From an uncultured bacterium (GTDB lineage: Bacteria; Muiribacteriota; CAYSPT01): DNA of 64,000 bases. Below the pieces are notes generated by a model, which had not been told where the DNA came from, made no database searches, and saw only the letters and a list, made by a program, of their open reading frames with translations. The stretch's first letter is position 1; every line of letters starts with the position of its first letter. Location: assembly GCA_964593455.1 (NCBI GenBank), contig CAZQHK010000001.1, positions 22,708-86,707 of the forward strand. The letters run 5' to 3'. Positions 56,332 through 64,000 of this stretch are shown here, piece by piece. Both the position numbers and the translations under genes were made by a program.

Positions 56332-58805
56332 TGTCCAATCTGGCACGACTTCTCTACCGTTTTCGGTTTATCTGCCTGGGATTGATAGTATTCATTACTC
56401 TCGTGGCCGCGTTTTCAATCGATGTTCTCATGGACAATTCCATCGGGGCCTGGTTCTCCAAAAATGATCCTGATTTTGTTATCTATAAAGATTTTTGCAA
56501 TACCTACGAGGACGGCCGTTTTATTATCATCGCTTTGCGGGCGCCGACTATTTTTACCCGGGAAATTCTCTCCTACATACGTGAAAAAACCGGCGAACTC
56601 AAGGAAGTACGTCTGCAAATAGAAAGACCGGACATCCCCGTCGACAGCGGGATATCCGGGAAGACTCCCGATGATGATCTGTTTTCTCAGTTCGAGAATT
56701 CACCGGAAAAACTCCCTGGACGACCGGGTGAAAAAAATGATCTGGATCTGCTGGCCCAATTGGAGGCTCCCATGTCGGGAGAAAAACAAAGCGGATCTGT
56801 CAGGCTGGTAAAACGGGTACACAGCCTGGCCAACGCCAACAAGATCATCGGTACACCGGATGGGATCGAAATTACCCCCCTGCTTGAAGATCTGGAAAAT
56901 GTCAGTCTGGAAAAGATCAAACTACAGGTCCTGGAAGATGAGCTCTTTAACGGGTACCTGGTCTCCAAAGACGGTAGATTTACTACCATCATGGTGGCTT
57001 TCGAGGACATGACCGTAACCGAGACGGATTTTGCGGTGGCTCAGGTGAAAAAGATCATCGGCCGGGCAAAACCCGATGGCGTAGATGTATTTCTGTGCGG
57101 CGACATCATGATGATGTCGGAGTTTAACCAGTACGCCAAACAGAACCAAACCGTGTTTCCGTTATTGATCATGCTGATTATCACGATCTTCCTGTTTCTT
57201 CTCTTCCGTTCCTTCTCCCGAGTGTTCATTGTCTTGCTGGTGGTGGGAATCAGCCTCTGTTGGACTCTGGGATTCAATTGTTTCCTGGGATTTTCCGTTA
57301 ATGTGGTGACCGGGATGCTGATCCCGCTGGTGATCATTCTCTCCATTGCCGATTGTATACACATCATCGAGTACTTTGATGAAGTACATGAACAAGGCGC
57401 TACCAGCCGGTCGTTTGTTCGGACCGTGGAGTATATCGCCATCCCCTGTTTTATCACCAGCCTAACCACCGCTATCGGACTGGTTTCACTGGCCACCAGT
57501 CCCATCGAAGCGGTGAAAACCTTCGGAATCGGGTCGGCGGCGGGAATTATGTTTGCCTTTCTGATATCCATTATCATCGTTCCCTGGTTGATGACCCTGC
57601 TTCCGGCAGGAAAGAAGCGGGAAGAAGGTCGTCTCTGGCACGTGATCCTGAGCGCTCTGGCCCGGGTAAACGAACGGGCTACGGGGGGGGTGCTGGTGCT
57701 GACTGTCCTGGGATTCATCGTCTTTGGTCTTGGTATCGGATGGGTCAGAATCGAGACCAACCAGATGGAGTGGTTTCCAAAAGACAGCCCCTTTTATCTG
57801 GCTTCCGGGGAGATCGACCGTCACCTTTCCGGCGCCGGCGACCTGGAGGTGTTGCTCCAGGGAGGGGAAGGATCGCTGAAAGATCCCGATATCCTCAACC
57901 GGATGGATACGCTCTGTCAGGAAGTGGAGGAGTTCGATCTGGTGGGACAGGTGGTTTCTCTTGCCGGGTATATCAAACGGATAAACAAAGCACTTAACAA
58001 TAATGATCCCGGGCAGTATATCGTTCCCGGCAGCAGATCTCTAATCGCCCAGGAGTTGTTCCTGTTCAGCCTCTCGGACGACGGGCGCGAAGAGCTCGGG
58101 CGACTGGTCACCTCCGATTATTCCCGGGCTCGGGTATCGGTGAAAATCCGAATCCAGAACACGGCTTCCCGGAACATTGTGGCTCTGGCCCGGAAAATAG
58201 AGAAACGAGCTCGGGAGGTGTTCGAAGGGACCGGTGTCATAGTCAAGGTAAACGGTATCTCGTTTATGTACAACATTCTCTACAAGTATCTTCTGGAGAG
58301 TCAGGTAAAAAGTTTCACCATAGCCTTCTTCCTGGTCACCGTGTTGCTGTTCATTATCTTCCGATCGGTGAGATACGGCCTCTTAAGCATAACCCCGAAC
58401 CTTCTTCCCATCACCTTTATTATCGGGCTTATGGGCTGGCTGGGAATCAGTCTTAATGTCGGCACAGTGATGGTCGCCTCGGTGGCGTTGGGAATAGCGC
58501 TCGACGACACCATCCACTATCTCACCCGGTTAAAAAAAGAACTGGCTGCGGCGCCGCTGACAGTCTCTATCCCCGGTCTGGCCCGGGAAACGACCATTTT
58601 GACCGGGAAAGCCATTATTTTTACTTCAGTGGTCAATATCGCCGGCTTCCTGGTCCCCATGATGTCCGGATTCCAGCCGACCCGGGAGTTTGGTCTCTTG
58701 GTGGCGATGACACTTTCCTTTGCTCTTTTGGCGGATTTATTTACGCTGCCGGCCAGTATCATGGCTACCAGCCGGGTGTTGATACAGGGTCAGGCCGGGG
58801 AATAA
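56331..58805 (+). CDS. MMPL/RND-superfamily transporter
   Basis: Two six-TM bundles (aa ~270-430 and ~650-820), each preceded by a large soluble loop. This is the typical RND/SSD topology. Confidence 0.7.
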   Translation: MSNLARLLYRFRFICLGLIVFITLVAAFSIDVLMDNSIGAWFSKNDPDFVIYKDFCNTYEDGRFIIIALRAPTIFTREILSYIREKTGELKEVRLQIERPDIPVDSGISGKTPDDDLFSQFENSPEKLPGRPGEKNDLDLLAQLEAPMSGEKQSGSVRLVKRVHSLANANKIIGTPDGIEITPLLEDLENVSLEKIKLQVLEDELFNGYLVSKDGRFTTIMVAFEDMTVTETDFAVAQVKKIIGRAKPDGVDVFLCGDIMMMSEFNQYAKQNQTVFPLLIMLIITIFLFLLFRSFSRVFIVLLVVGISLCWTLGFNCFLGFSVNVVTGMLIPLVIILSIADCIHIIEYFDEVHEQGATSRSFVRTVEYIAIPCFITSLTTAIGLVSLATSPIEAVKTFGIGSAAGIMFAFLISIIIVPWLMTLLPAGKKREEGRLWHVILSALARVNERATGGVLVLTVLGFIVFGLGIGWVRIETNQMEWFPKDSPFYLASGEIDRHLSGAGDLEVLLQGGEGSLKDPDILNRMDTLCQEVEEFDLVGQVVSLAGYIKRINKALNNNDPGQYIVPGSRSLIAQELFLFSLSDDGREELGRLVTSDYSRARVSVKIRIQNTASRNIVALARKIEKRAREVFEGTGVIVKVNGISFMYNILYKYLLESQVKSFTIAFFLVTVLLFIIFRSVRYGLLSITPNLLPITFIIGLMGWLGISLNVGTVMVASVALGIALDDTIHYLTRLKKELAAAPLTVSIPGLARETTILTGKAIIFTSVVNIAGFLVPMMSGFQPTREFGLLVAMTLSFALLADLFTLPASIMATSRVLIQGQAGE

Positions 58806-58850
58806 GACGGCCGTAGGTTCCTTCGCTAATTACTCGTATTTAGCTGCGCA

Positions 58851-59654
58851 TTAGCTGATCGCTTTTTTCAGCGATGATACGAATTTCGAAACCTGATTTA
58901 GTATTTTAGGAGATTCCTGGTACTGTTCAATAAGCTTGATGATGGCGCTACCCACAATGACGCCGTCGGCCCACCGGGACACGGTGATCGCCTGTTCCGG
59001 GGTGGAGATTCCGAACCCGATGGCGATCGGCAGGTCGATGAACGAACGGGCGCTCTTGATCTTGTTCCGCGCGTTTTTCGGGAGTTCTTTGCGGGCTCCG
59101 GTAACCCCGGTAACCGCCACGAAATACACGAATCCCCGGGCTTGATCGGCCACCAGTTGCAGACGTCCCTCATCGCTGGTAGGGGTGATGAGAAATATGA
59201 GATCGAGCCCGCAGCGATCGGTGTGTCGTTTGAGCTCATTTGATTCCTCGGGCGGCAAATCCACTACCAGCAGCCCGTCGGCCCCGGCCTTATGAGCGTC
59301 ACGGGCAAACCGTTCGGGCCCGTAGGCAAAAATGGGATTGTAGTAGCCGAAAAGGATGATGGGTACCTGATTGGTTTTTCTCACCCGTTTTACCAGCGAC
59401 AGTACATCTTCCGGAGTAGTCCCCGCCTGTAACGCCTTTTCCGAGGAAGCCTGGATGGTGGCGCCGTCGGCCATGGGATCGGAAAACGGGATTCCGAGCT
59501 CGATAATATCCGCTCCCGCCTTGCTGAGTGCGTGTATCATGCTCTCGGTAGACTCCAGATCAGGGAACCCGGCCGTAATAAACGTAACCAGCGCCTTCGC
59601 TCCCTTACCCTTTTCCCGTTCGAAAACCTCCGTCAACCGGCTCTTAGTGGTCAT
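58851..59654 (-). CDS. trpA: tryptophan synthase alpha chain
   Basis: [12 protein letters not shown]...[17 protein letters not shown]...[11 protein letters not shown]. Confidence 0.85.
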   Translation of the reverse strand: MTTKSRLTEVFEREKGKGAKALVTFITAGFPDLESTESMIHALSKAGADIIELGIPFSDPMADGATIQASSEKALQAGTTPEDVLSLVKRVRKTNQVPIILFGYYNPIFAYGPERFARDAHKAGADGLLVVDLPPEESNELKRHTDRCGLDLIFLITPTSDEGRLQLVADQARGFVYFVAVTGVTGARKELPKNARNKIKSARSFIDLPIAIGFGISTPEQAITVSRWADGVIVGSAIIKLIEQYQESPKILNQVSKFVSSLKKAIS

Positions 59655-60841
59655 GACTCCCCCCTAAGGTGTTTCGATACGGTCTCCATATCCTTGTCTC
59701 CCCGACCAGAAAGATTGACGATAATGACCTGGTCTCGTTTCATTTCCGGCGCTCGTTTTATAGCGTAAGCCGCGGCGTGTGCGCTTTCCAGAGCCGGTAT
59801 GATTCCCTCCAACCGCGACAGCTTCATGAACGCTTCCAGGGCTTCGGTATCTGTGGCCGCACCGTAGGTGACCCGTCCGGTATCTTTCAGGTAACTGTGT
59901 TCCGGTCCCACGCCAGGATAATCGAGACCGGCGGCAACCGAATGTGTCTGAAGCACCTGCCCATGCCGGTCTTGCAGAAGATAACTTTTGCTACCGTGCA
60001 GCACCCCCGGTTTCCCCGCCAGCAGGGTGGCCGCGTGCCGGCCCGTCTCGAGTCCGTCCCCGGCTGCCTCCACGCCGACCATCTCCACGTCGTCTTTCAG
60101 AAACGGGTGGAACAGGCCGATGGCGTTGGAACCGCCGCCTACACAGGCCACCAGCACATCGGGAAGTTTTCCCTCTTCCCGGCGTATCTGTTTCTTGGCT
60201 TCTTTGCCGATGACGGTCTGGAAGTCCCGAACCATGACGGGGTAGGGGTGTGGTCCCGCCGCGCTGCCGATGATGTAAAAAGTGTCGTGCACATTGGTGA
60301 CCCAGTCGCGCAGGGCTTCGTTCATGGCGTCTTTCAGGGTCCGGCTGCCGGTGCCGACCGGTTTCATGGTGGTACCCAGAAGCTCCATCCTGAACACATT
60401 TGACGCCTGCCGTTCCATGTCTTCTTCACCCATGTAGACGGTGCATTCCAGCCCGAATAGAGCCGCTACGGTGGCGGTCGCCACACCATGCTGCCCGGCC
60501 CCGGTTTCCGCTATAATTCGTGTTTTCCCCATTCTTATGGCCAGCAGGATCTGGCCGATAGTGTTATTGATTTTGTGGGCGCCGGTGTGGCAGAGATCTT
60601 CCCGTTTCAGGTAGATCCTGGCACCGCCCAAGTGTTCGGTGAGCCTGGCGGCATGGTAGAGCGGAGTCGGTCTGCCGGCGTATTTTTCAAGGTAATACGT
60701 GAGTTCTTTTTTAAACTCGGGATCGTCCCGGTACCTGGTGTAAGCCTGCTCCAATTCAATTACCGCCGGCATGAGGGTCTCGGCGATGTATCTTCCGCCG
60801 TAGAGACCAAAGTGTCCCTGTTTGTCCGGTCCGCGTTTCAT
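59651..60841 (-). CDS. trpB: tryptophan synthase beta chain
   Basis: [16 protein letters not shown]...HTGAHKINN...GGGSNAIG. The start is set at MKRGP (60841), abutting trpF. The track ORF extends to 60940. Confidence 0.85.
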   Translation of the reverse strand: MKRGPDKQGHFGLYGGRYIAETLMPAVIELEQAYTRYRDDPEFKKELTYYLEKYAGRPTPLYHAARLTEHLGGARIYLKREDLCHTGAHKINNTIGQILLAIRMGKTRIIAETGAGQHGVATATVAALFGLECTVYMGEEDMERQASNVFRMELLGTTMKPVGTGSRTLKDAMNEALRDWVTNVHDTFYIIGSAAGPHPYPVMVRDFQTVIGKEAKKQIRREEGKLPDVLVACVGGGSNAIGLFHPFLKDDVEMVGVEAAGDGLETGRHAATLLAGKPGVLHGSKSYLLQDRHGQVLQTHSVAAGLDYPGVGPEHSYLKDTGRVTYGAATDTEALEAFMKLSRLEGIIPALESAHAAAYAIKRAPEMKRDQVIIVNLSGRGDKDMETVSKHLRGES

Positions 60842-60842
60842 A

Positions 60843-61499
60843 CTATGTCCTCTCAAAACCTTTAGCCTGCCTGATGAACTCACGCACTTTGAAGCGATCT
60901 TTCCTCCCGGGCTGCTCTTCAACACCGCTCGATACGTCAACGCCGTATGGCCAGACCGTTTTCACCGCCGCCGCCACGTTGTCCGGTGTGAGACCGCCAG
61001 CCAGGATGATTCGGCGGTTTTCTCCCGCCTGCCCGGCTTTAATGGCCAGGTCCCAGTTAAACGTGGTACCGGTCCCCCCGGGAAGACCGGGGTGATAGGT
61101 GTCAAGCAGGTAAGCCGACACGGAATAATCCGGCAGACGGTTCAAAACGGTTTCCGGTCCTTCAGCGCTGTTTTCGTCTGTTTCTTTTACCCTGAACGCT
61201 TTGATTACTCTCCGGCCAAGGGAGAGGCAATATTCCGGTGGCTCATTTCCGTGGAGCTGAATGACATCAAAACCGACGAACCCCGTAATATTTTTAACCG
61301 CTTCCAGGGGTTCATCAACGAAAAGTCCGACCACGGTCACGAAAGGGGGAAGACTGGAAACGATGCCGCGGGCTGTTTCAGGGGAAACATACCGCTGACT
61401 TGCCCGGTAAAACACCAGCCCCAGTGCATCGGCTCCCGCTTCCCAGGCGACCCGGGCGTCTTCGATATCCGTAATCCCACATATCTTGACTGTAACCAT
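60843..61499 (-). CDS. trpF: phosphoribosylanthranilate isomerase
   Basis: [10 protein letters not shown]...ADALGLVF...QLHGNE. Confidence 0.8.
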   Translation of the reverse strand: MVTVKICGITDIEDARVAWEAGADALGLVFYRASQRYVSPETARGIVSSLPPFVTVVGLFVDEPLEAVKNITGFVGFDVIQLHGNEPPEYCLSLGRRVIKAFRVKETDENSAEGPETVLNRLPDYSVSAYLLDTYHPGLPGGTGTTFNWDLAIKAGQAGENRRIILAGGLTPDNVAAAVKTVWPYGVDVSSGVEEQPGRKDRFKVREFIRQAKGFERT

Positions 61500-61651
61500 A
61501 CGGCAAATTGTACGGTAACAGTGCCGTTTGTTTCAAGTACCTCATCACCTCACTTTCTACACTTTCTCATTCTCCTTGACAAAACATCGTATAATTCTTT
61601 ACACTTTCCCTAAACTATAAAGGGAGTGTTTTCCTGGGGAGGTAAAGCGGC

Positions 61652-61990
61652 GTGCTTCAACACAAGGAAATGGATGGAATTATCATCATCCGGCCCGATT
61701 CCGGTTTAGCGGTGGACAATGTCTCCGAGTTCTCGGAATATATCAGGAATCTGATCAAAGAAGGACAGACTCGTTTCGTCATCAACATGGAGAGTGTTCC
61801 CTACCTGACCAGTATGGGGCTGGGAACAATGTGCAATCTTCATAAACAGCTCTCGAGCCAGGGTGGCTGGATCAGGTTTGCAGTGGTGAACGAGGACATG
61901 CGTGAAGTATTGAGCATGATGTTGCTCAACGACATGTTCGGTATGTACGAAACGGTTGAAGACGCCATATCTTCAGAAAGTTCCGGTTAA
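61652..61990 (+). CDS. STAS-domain protein (anti-sigma-factor antagonist family)
   Basis: Size ~105 aa. Pattern IIIRPDSGLAVDNVSEF...RFVINMESVPYLTSMGLGTM. It is antisense to, and embedded within, the trp gene string. Confidence 0.55.
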   Translation: MLQHKEMDGIIIIRPDSGLAVDNVSEFSEYIRNLIKEGQTRFVINMESVPYLTSMGLGTMCNLHKQLSSQGGWIRFAVVNEDMREVLSMMLLNDMFGMYETVEDAISSESSG

Positions 61991-63411
61991 CCTTCCTCTG
62001 CCGGAAGAACTGACTTCAGTTTTAAAAAATCCTGTTTGATAGTCTCCTTCATGGCCTGGCGATACAGGGCTACCGCCGGATGGTAAAACGGTAGGATCTT
62101 GATCGGTCCAAAGTCGGTCTTCACGTCAAAAACCTGGCCGTGTATCTTACTGATCGTCTGAATTCTGTTCTCCAATCCAAACTGTTCCATGATGAAATGC
62201 ATGGAAAACCGCCCTAGTGTCACCAACACTTTCGGTTTAATAATACTGAGCTGTCTGAGCAGAAACGGGGTATAAATGGCTATCTCCTCAGGCAGGGGGT
62301 CTCGATTGCTTGGCGGCCGGTCTTTGAGAATATTGGTTATGTATACGTCTTTCCGGGGCAGGCCGATACTTTGGAGAAGTTCGTCCAGCACTCGTCCGGC
62401 CGCGCCGCAAAACGGACGTCCTGTCTTAGCCTCGTTCTCCCCGGGGGCTTCTCCGACGAACACGACCCGTGCCCGATGGTTCCCTTCGCCAAGAACGGGG
62501 TAGTACCTGTTTTGGCGGCGGTAAGTATAAAGGGGAGAGGCTTTGAGATTCCACACTTCGTCACGAATCGTGCGGAGCAGTTCGGTTCGTTCGGAAGTCT
62601 CTCCGGTTTCTTTCCCGGGAGCCTCGTCTGCCGGAGAGCCGGTACGTAGATACGATAGTTTCCTCTCAATACTCCGGGCTTTGATGAGCGTTTCACCGAT
62701 GAGGCATCCGTCGAATCCTGCTTTTTCCAGGCTCTCGATATCTTCTCTAGTGGCAATTCCGCTTTCGCTTATGGTGACCCGGCTGCTTGGAATAAGTTTC
62801 TTGAGTTTAAGAGAAACGTTAATATCAGTGGTAAACGAGGTCAGGTCCCGGTTGTTGATACCGATCAACCGGGCTTTGGTGGCCAGCGCTTTGACCAGGT
62901 CAATCTCGTTATGAATTTCCACCAGGGGTTCTAATCCCGCAGCCAGGGCCAGGGATACCAGGTTTCGAAGTTTCTCGGCGGTCAGTATCCGAGCGATAAG
63001 GAGCACGGCATCGGCTCTCGCTGCCCGGCTTTCCCATATCTGTATTTCTTCCAGGATAAAATCTTTTCTTAGTAGCGGTAGCGGGACTGTTTCGTGTACT
63101 GTTTGAAGGTAACTCAGGTGTCCTTGAAAGTACGGTCCGTCGGTCAGAACCGAAATAGCCCGCGCGCCTCCATTACCGTAGCTGCGAGCGATTTGGGCCG
63201 GGTTGAAATCGGCCCGAATAATACCCCGGGACGGCGAGGCCTTTTTTAACTCAGCTATTATGCTGGTACCATTGTCCTTTATAGCTCTCAGAAAATCCCG
63301 TGGCGCAGGACTCGATTTGGCCCGGCGCTCGATATCGGCCAGAGTCGTTCCGGCCAGAAGTTTGGCGATCTCCTGCTTTTTGGTGGCAACGATTTTTTCC
63401 AGAATAGTCAC
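61987..63411 (-). CDS. trpC: fusion: indole-3-glycerol-phosphate synthase (TrpC) N-terminal + family-4-like uracil-DNA glycosylase C-terminal
   Basis: A single 474-aa ORF. Residues 1-~260 carry the TrpC pattern (IIAELKKASPS.G.I...VLTD..YFQG...LLRKDF...GINNRDL). Residues ~290-474 carry the UDG superfamily pattern (VVFVGEAPGENEAKTGRPFCGAAGRVLDELL...VYITNILKDRPPSNRDPLPEEI...KPKVLVTLG...FYHPAVAL). Confidence 0.65.
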   Translation of the reverse strand: MTILEKIVATKKQEIAKLLAGTTLADIERRAKSSPAPRDFLRAIKDNGTSIIAELKKASPSRGIIRADFNPAQIARSYGNGGARAISVLTDGPYFQGHLSYLQTVHETVPLPLLRKDFILEEIQIWESRAARADAVLLIARILTAEKLRNLVSLALAAGLEPLVEIHNEIDLVKALATKARLIGINNRDLTSFTTDINVSLKLKKLIPSSRVTISESGIATREDIESLEKAGFDGCLIGETLIKARSIERKLSYLRTGSPADEAPGKETGETSERTELLRTIRDEVWNLKASPLYTYRRQNRYYPVLGEGNHRARVVFVGEAPGENEAKTGRPFCGAAGRVLDELLQSIGLPRKDVYITNILKDRPPSNRDPLPEEIAIYTPFLLRQLSIIKPKVLVTLGRFSMHFIMEQFGLENRIQTISKIHGQVFDVKTDFGPIKILPFYHPAVALYRQAMKETIKQDFLKLKSVLPAEEG

Positions 63412-63459
63412 AGGAATGTATCTCCTCGATGGCCGACGGGGTTACCCCCGTAGACGGTT

Positions 63460-64000
63460 TCAGTTGGTCAGGTCAATCAAGGCTTCGAGTTTTTCCCGGG
63501 CCTTACCGGTGTCGATGGACTTTTCCGCGAGCCGGATACCGGTTGGTAGATCGTCCGCCAGCCCTCCCGCGACGATTGCTGCCGCCGCGTTCAAAGCCAC
63601 GATGTCTCTCCGGGGGCCTTTCCGCCCATGGAGAAGCTCTTTAATGATAGCGGCATTAGTCTCGGAATCGCCGCCCACCAGGTCTTCTCGTGAGCAGCGT
63701 TTCAAACCCAGCTCGTCGGGTTGCAACCGATAAGTTCTGATCTGTCCGTCTTTTAATTCAGAGACCCTGGTGGCCTCGGTAATGGTAAACTCGTCCAGCC
63801 CGTCTTCGCCGCGAATGACGAACACGTGGAAACTTCCCAGATTACGCAACACCCGTGCCATTAGATCGGTGAGTTTCTCGTCGTAGACTCCCAGGACCTG
63901 GCAGTGGGCTCCGGCGGGATTGGTAAGCGGCCCCAATATGTTAAACATGGTTCTTATGCCCATCTCGCGCCGGGGTGCGGCCACGTGTTTCATGGCTTTG
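63460..64000 (-). CDS. trpD: anthranilate phosphoribosyltransferase (C-terminal part; gene continues past window end)
   Basis: HVAAPRREMGIRTMFNILGPLTNPAGA...NAAAAIVAGG. The ORF is open to the window edge. Confidence 0.75.
   Translation of the reverse strand, partial: KAMKHVAAPRREMGIRTMFNILGPLTNPAGAHCQVLGVYDEKLTDLMARVLRNLGSFHVFVIRGEDGLDEFTITEATRVSELKDGQIRTYRLQPDELGLKRCSREDLVGGDSETNAAIIKELLHGRKGPRRDIVALNAAAAIVAGGLADDLPTGIRLAEKSIDTGKAREKLEALIDLTN

Noticed and set aside
1-64000. CRISPR arrays, tRNA/rRNA genes, integrases/transposases, restriction or other classical defence genes
   Set aside because: None were recognisable. There is no direct-repeat/spacer periodicity, no tRNA-like GGTTCGA T-arm contexts, and no recombinase or nuclease motifs in the translated ORFs.

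Overview
This is a 64-kb bacterial chromosomal segment with intermediate GC content and about 50 protein-coding genes on both strands; I found no rRNA, tRNA or CRISPR array. The contents fall into five groups. (1) A type IX secretion (T9SS) cargo neighbourhood. It holds a PorV-like outer-membrane barrel carrying an unexplained ~170-aa C-terminal extension. That gene is translationally coupled to a 1257-aa Ig-repeat secreted protein. Two tandem paralogous ~900-1000-aa secreted proteins are also present. All three large proteins end in a textbook type-A T9SS C-terminal sorting domain (CTD). (2) An unusually dense second-messenger and partner-switch signalling set: a CHASE2-class III adenylate cyclase, a CHASE2-GAF-GGDEF cyclase, a 4xGAF-HD-GYP phosphodiesterase, a HEAT-STAS-PilZ receptor, two PP2C (RsbU-like) phosphatases, a single-domain STAS protein, a Clp_N-cyclase-like fusion, two paralogous HEAT-repeat proteins that sit next to c-di-GMP enzymes, and an ECF sigma / zinc-finger anti-sigma (ZAS-type) pair. 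(3) A candidate c-di-GMP-controlled surface-structure locus: a HEAT-STAS-PilZ protein, a 770-aa protein built of ~45-aa repeats, a PilX_N-like pseudopilin-like protein and a small Thr/Gln-rich ORF. (4) Housekeeping genes: nadE, rpmE, ssb-like, secG, nth, murC/mpl-like, hup, a phosphohexomutase, an M14 carboxypeptidase, a LolA-like + MMPL pair, and trpA/B/F plus a trpC-UDG fusion and partial trpD. (5) Non-coding structure: a family of small MITE-like elements bounded by terminal inverted repeats, a 91-bp inverted-repeat element, a C10A11 homopolymer tract upstream of a frame-disrupted secreted-protein gene, and two bidirectional intrinsic terminators. The lineage is probably a T9SS-bearing non-proteobacterial organism, but that is inference only. 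All calls come from reading the sequence and the supplied ORF translations; no database search was possible.
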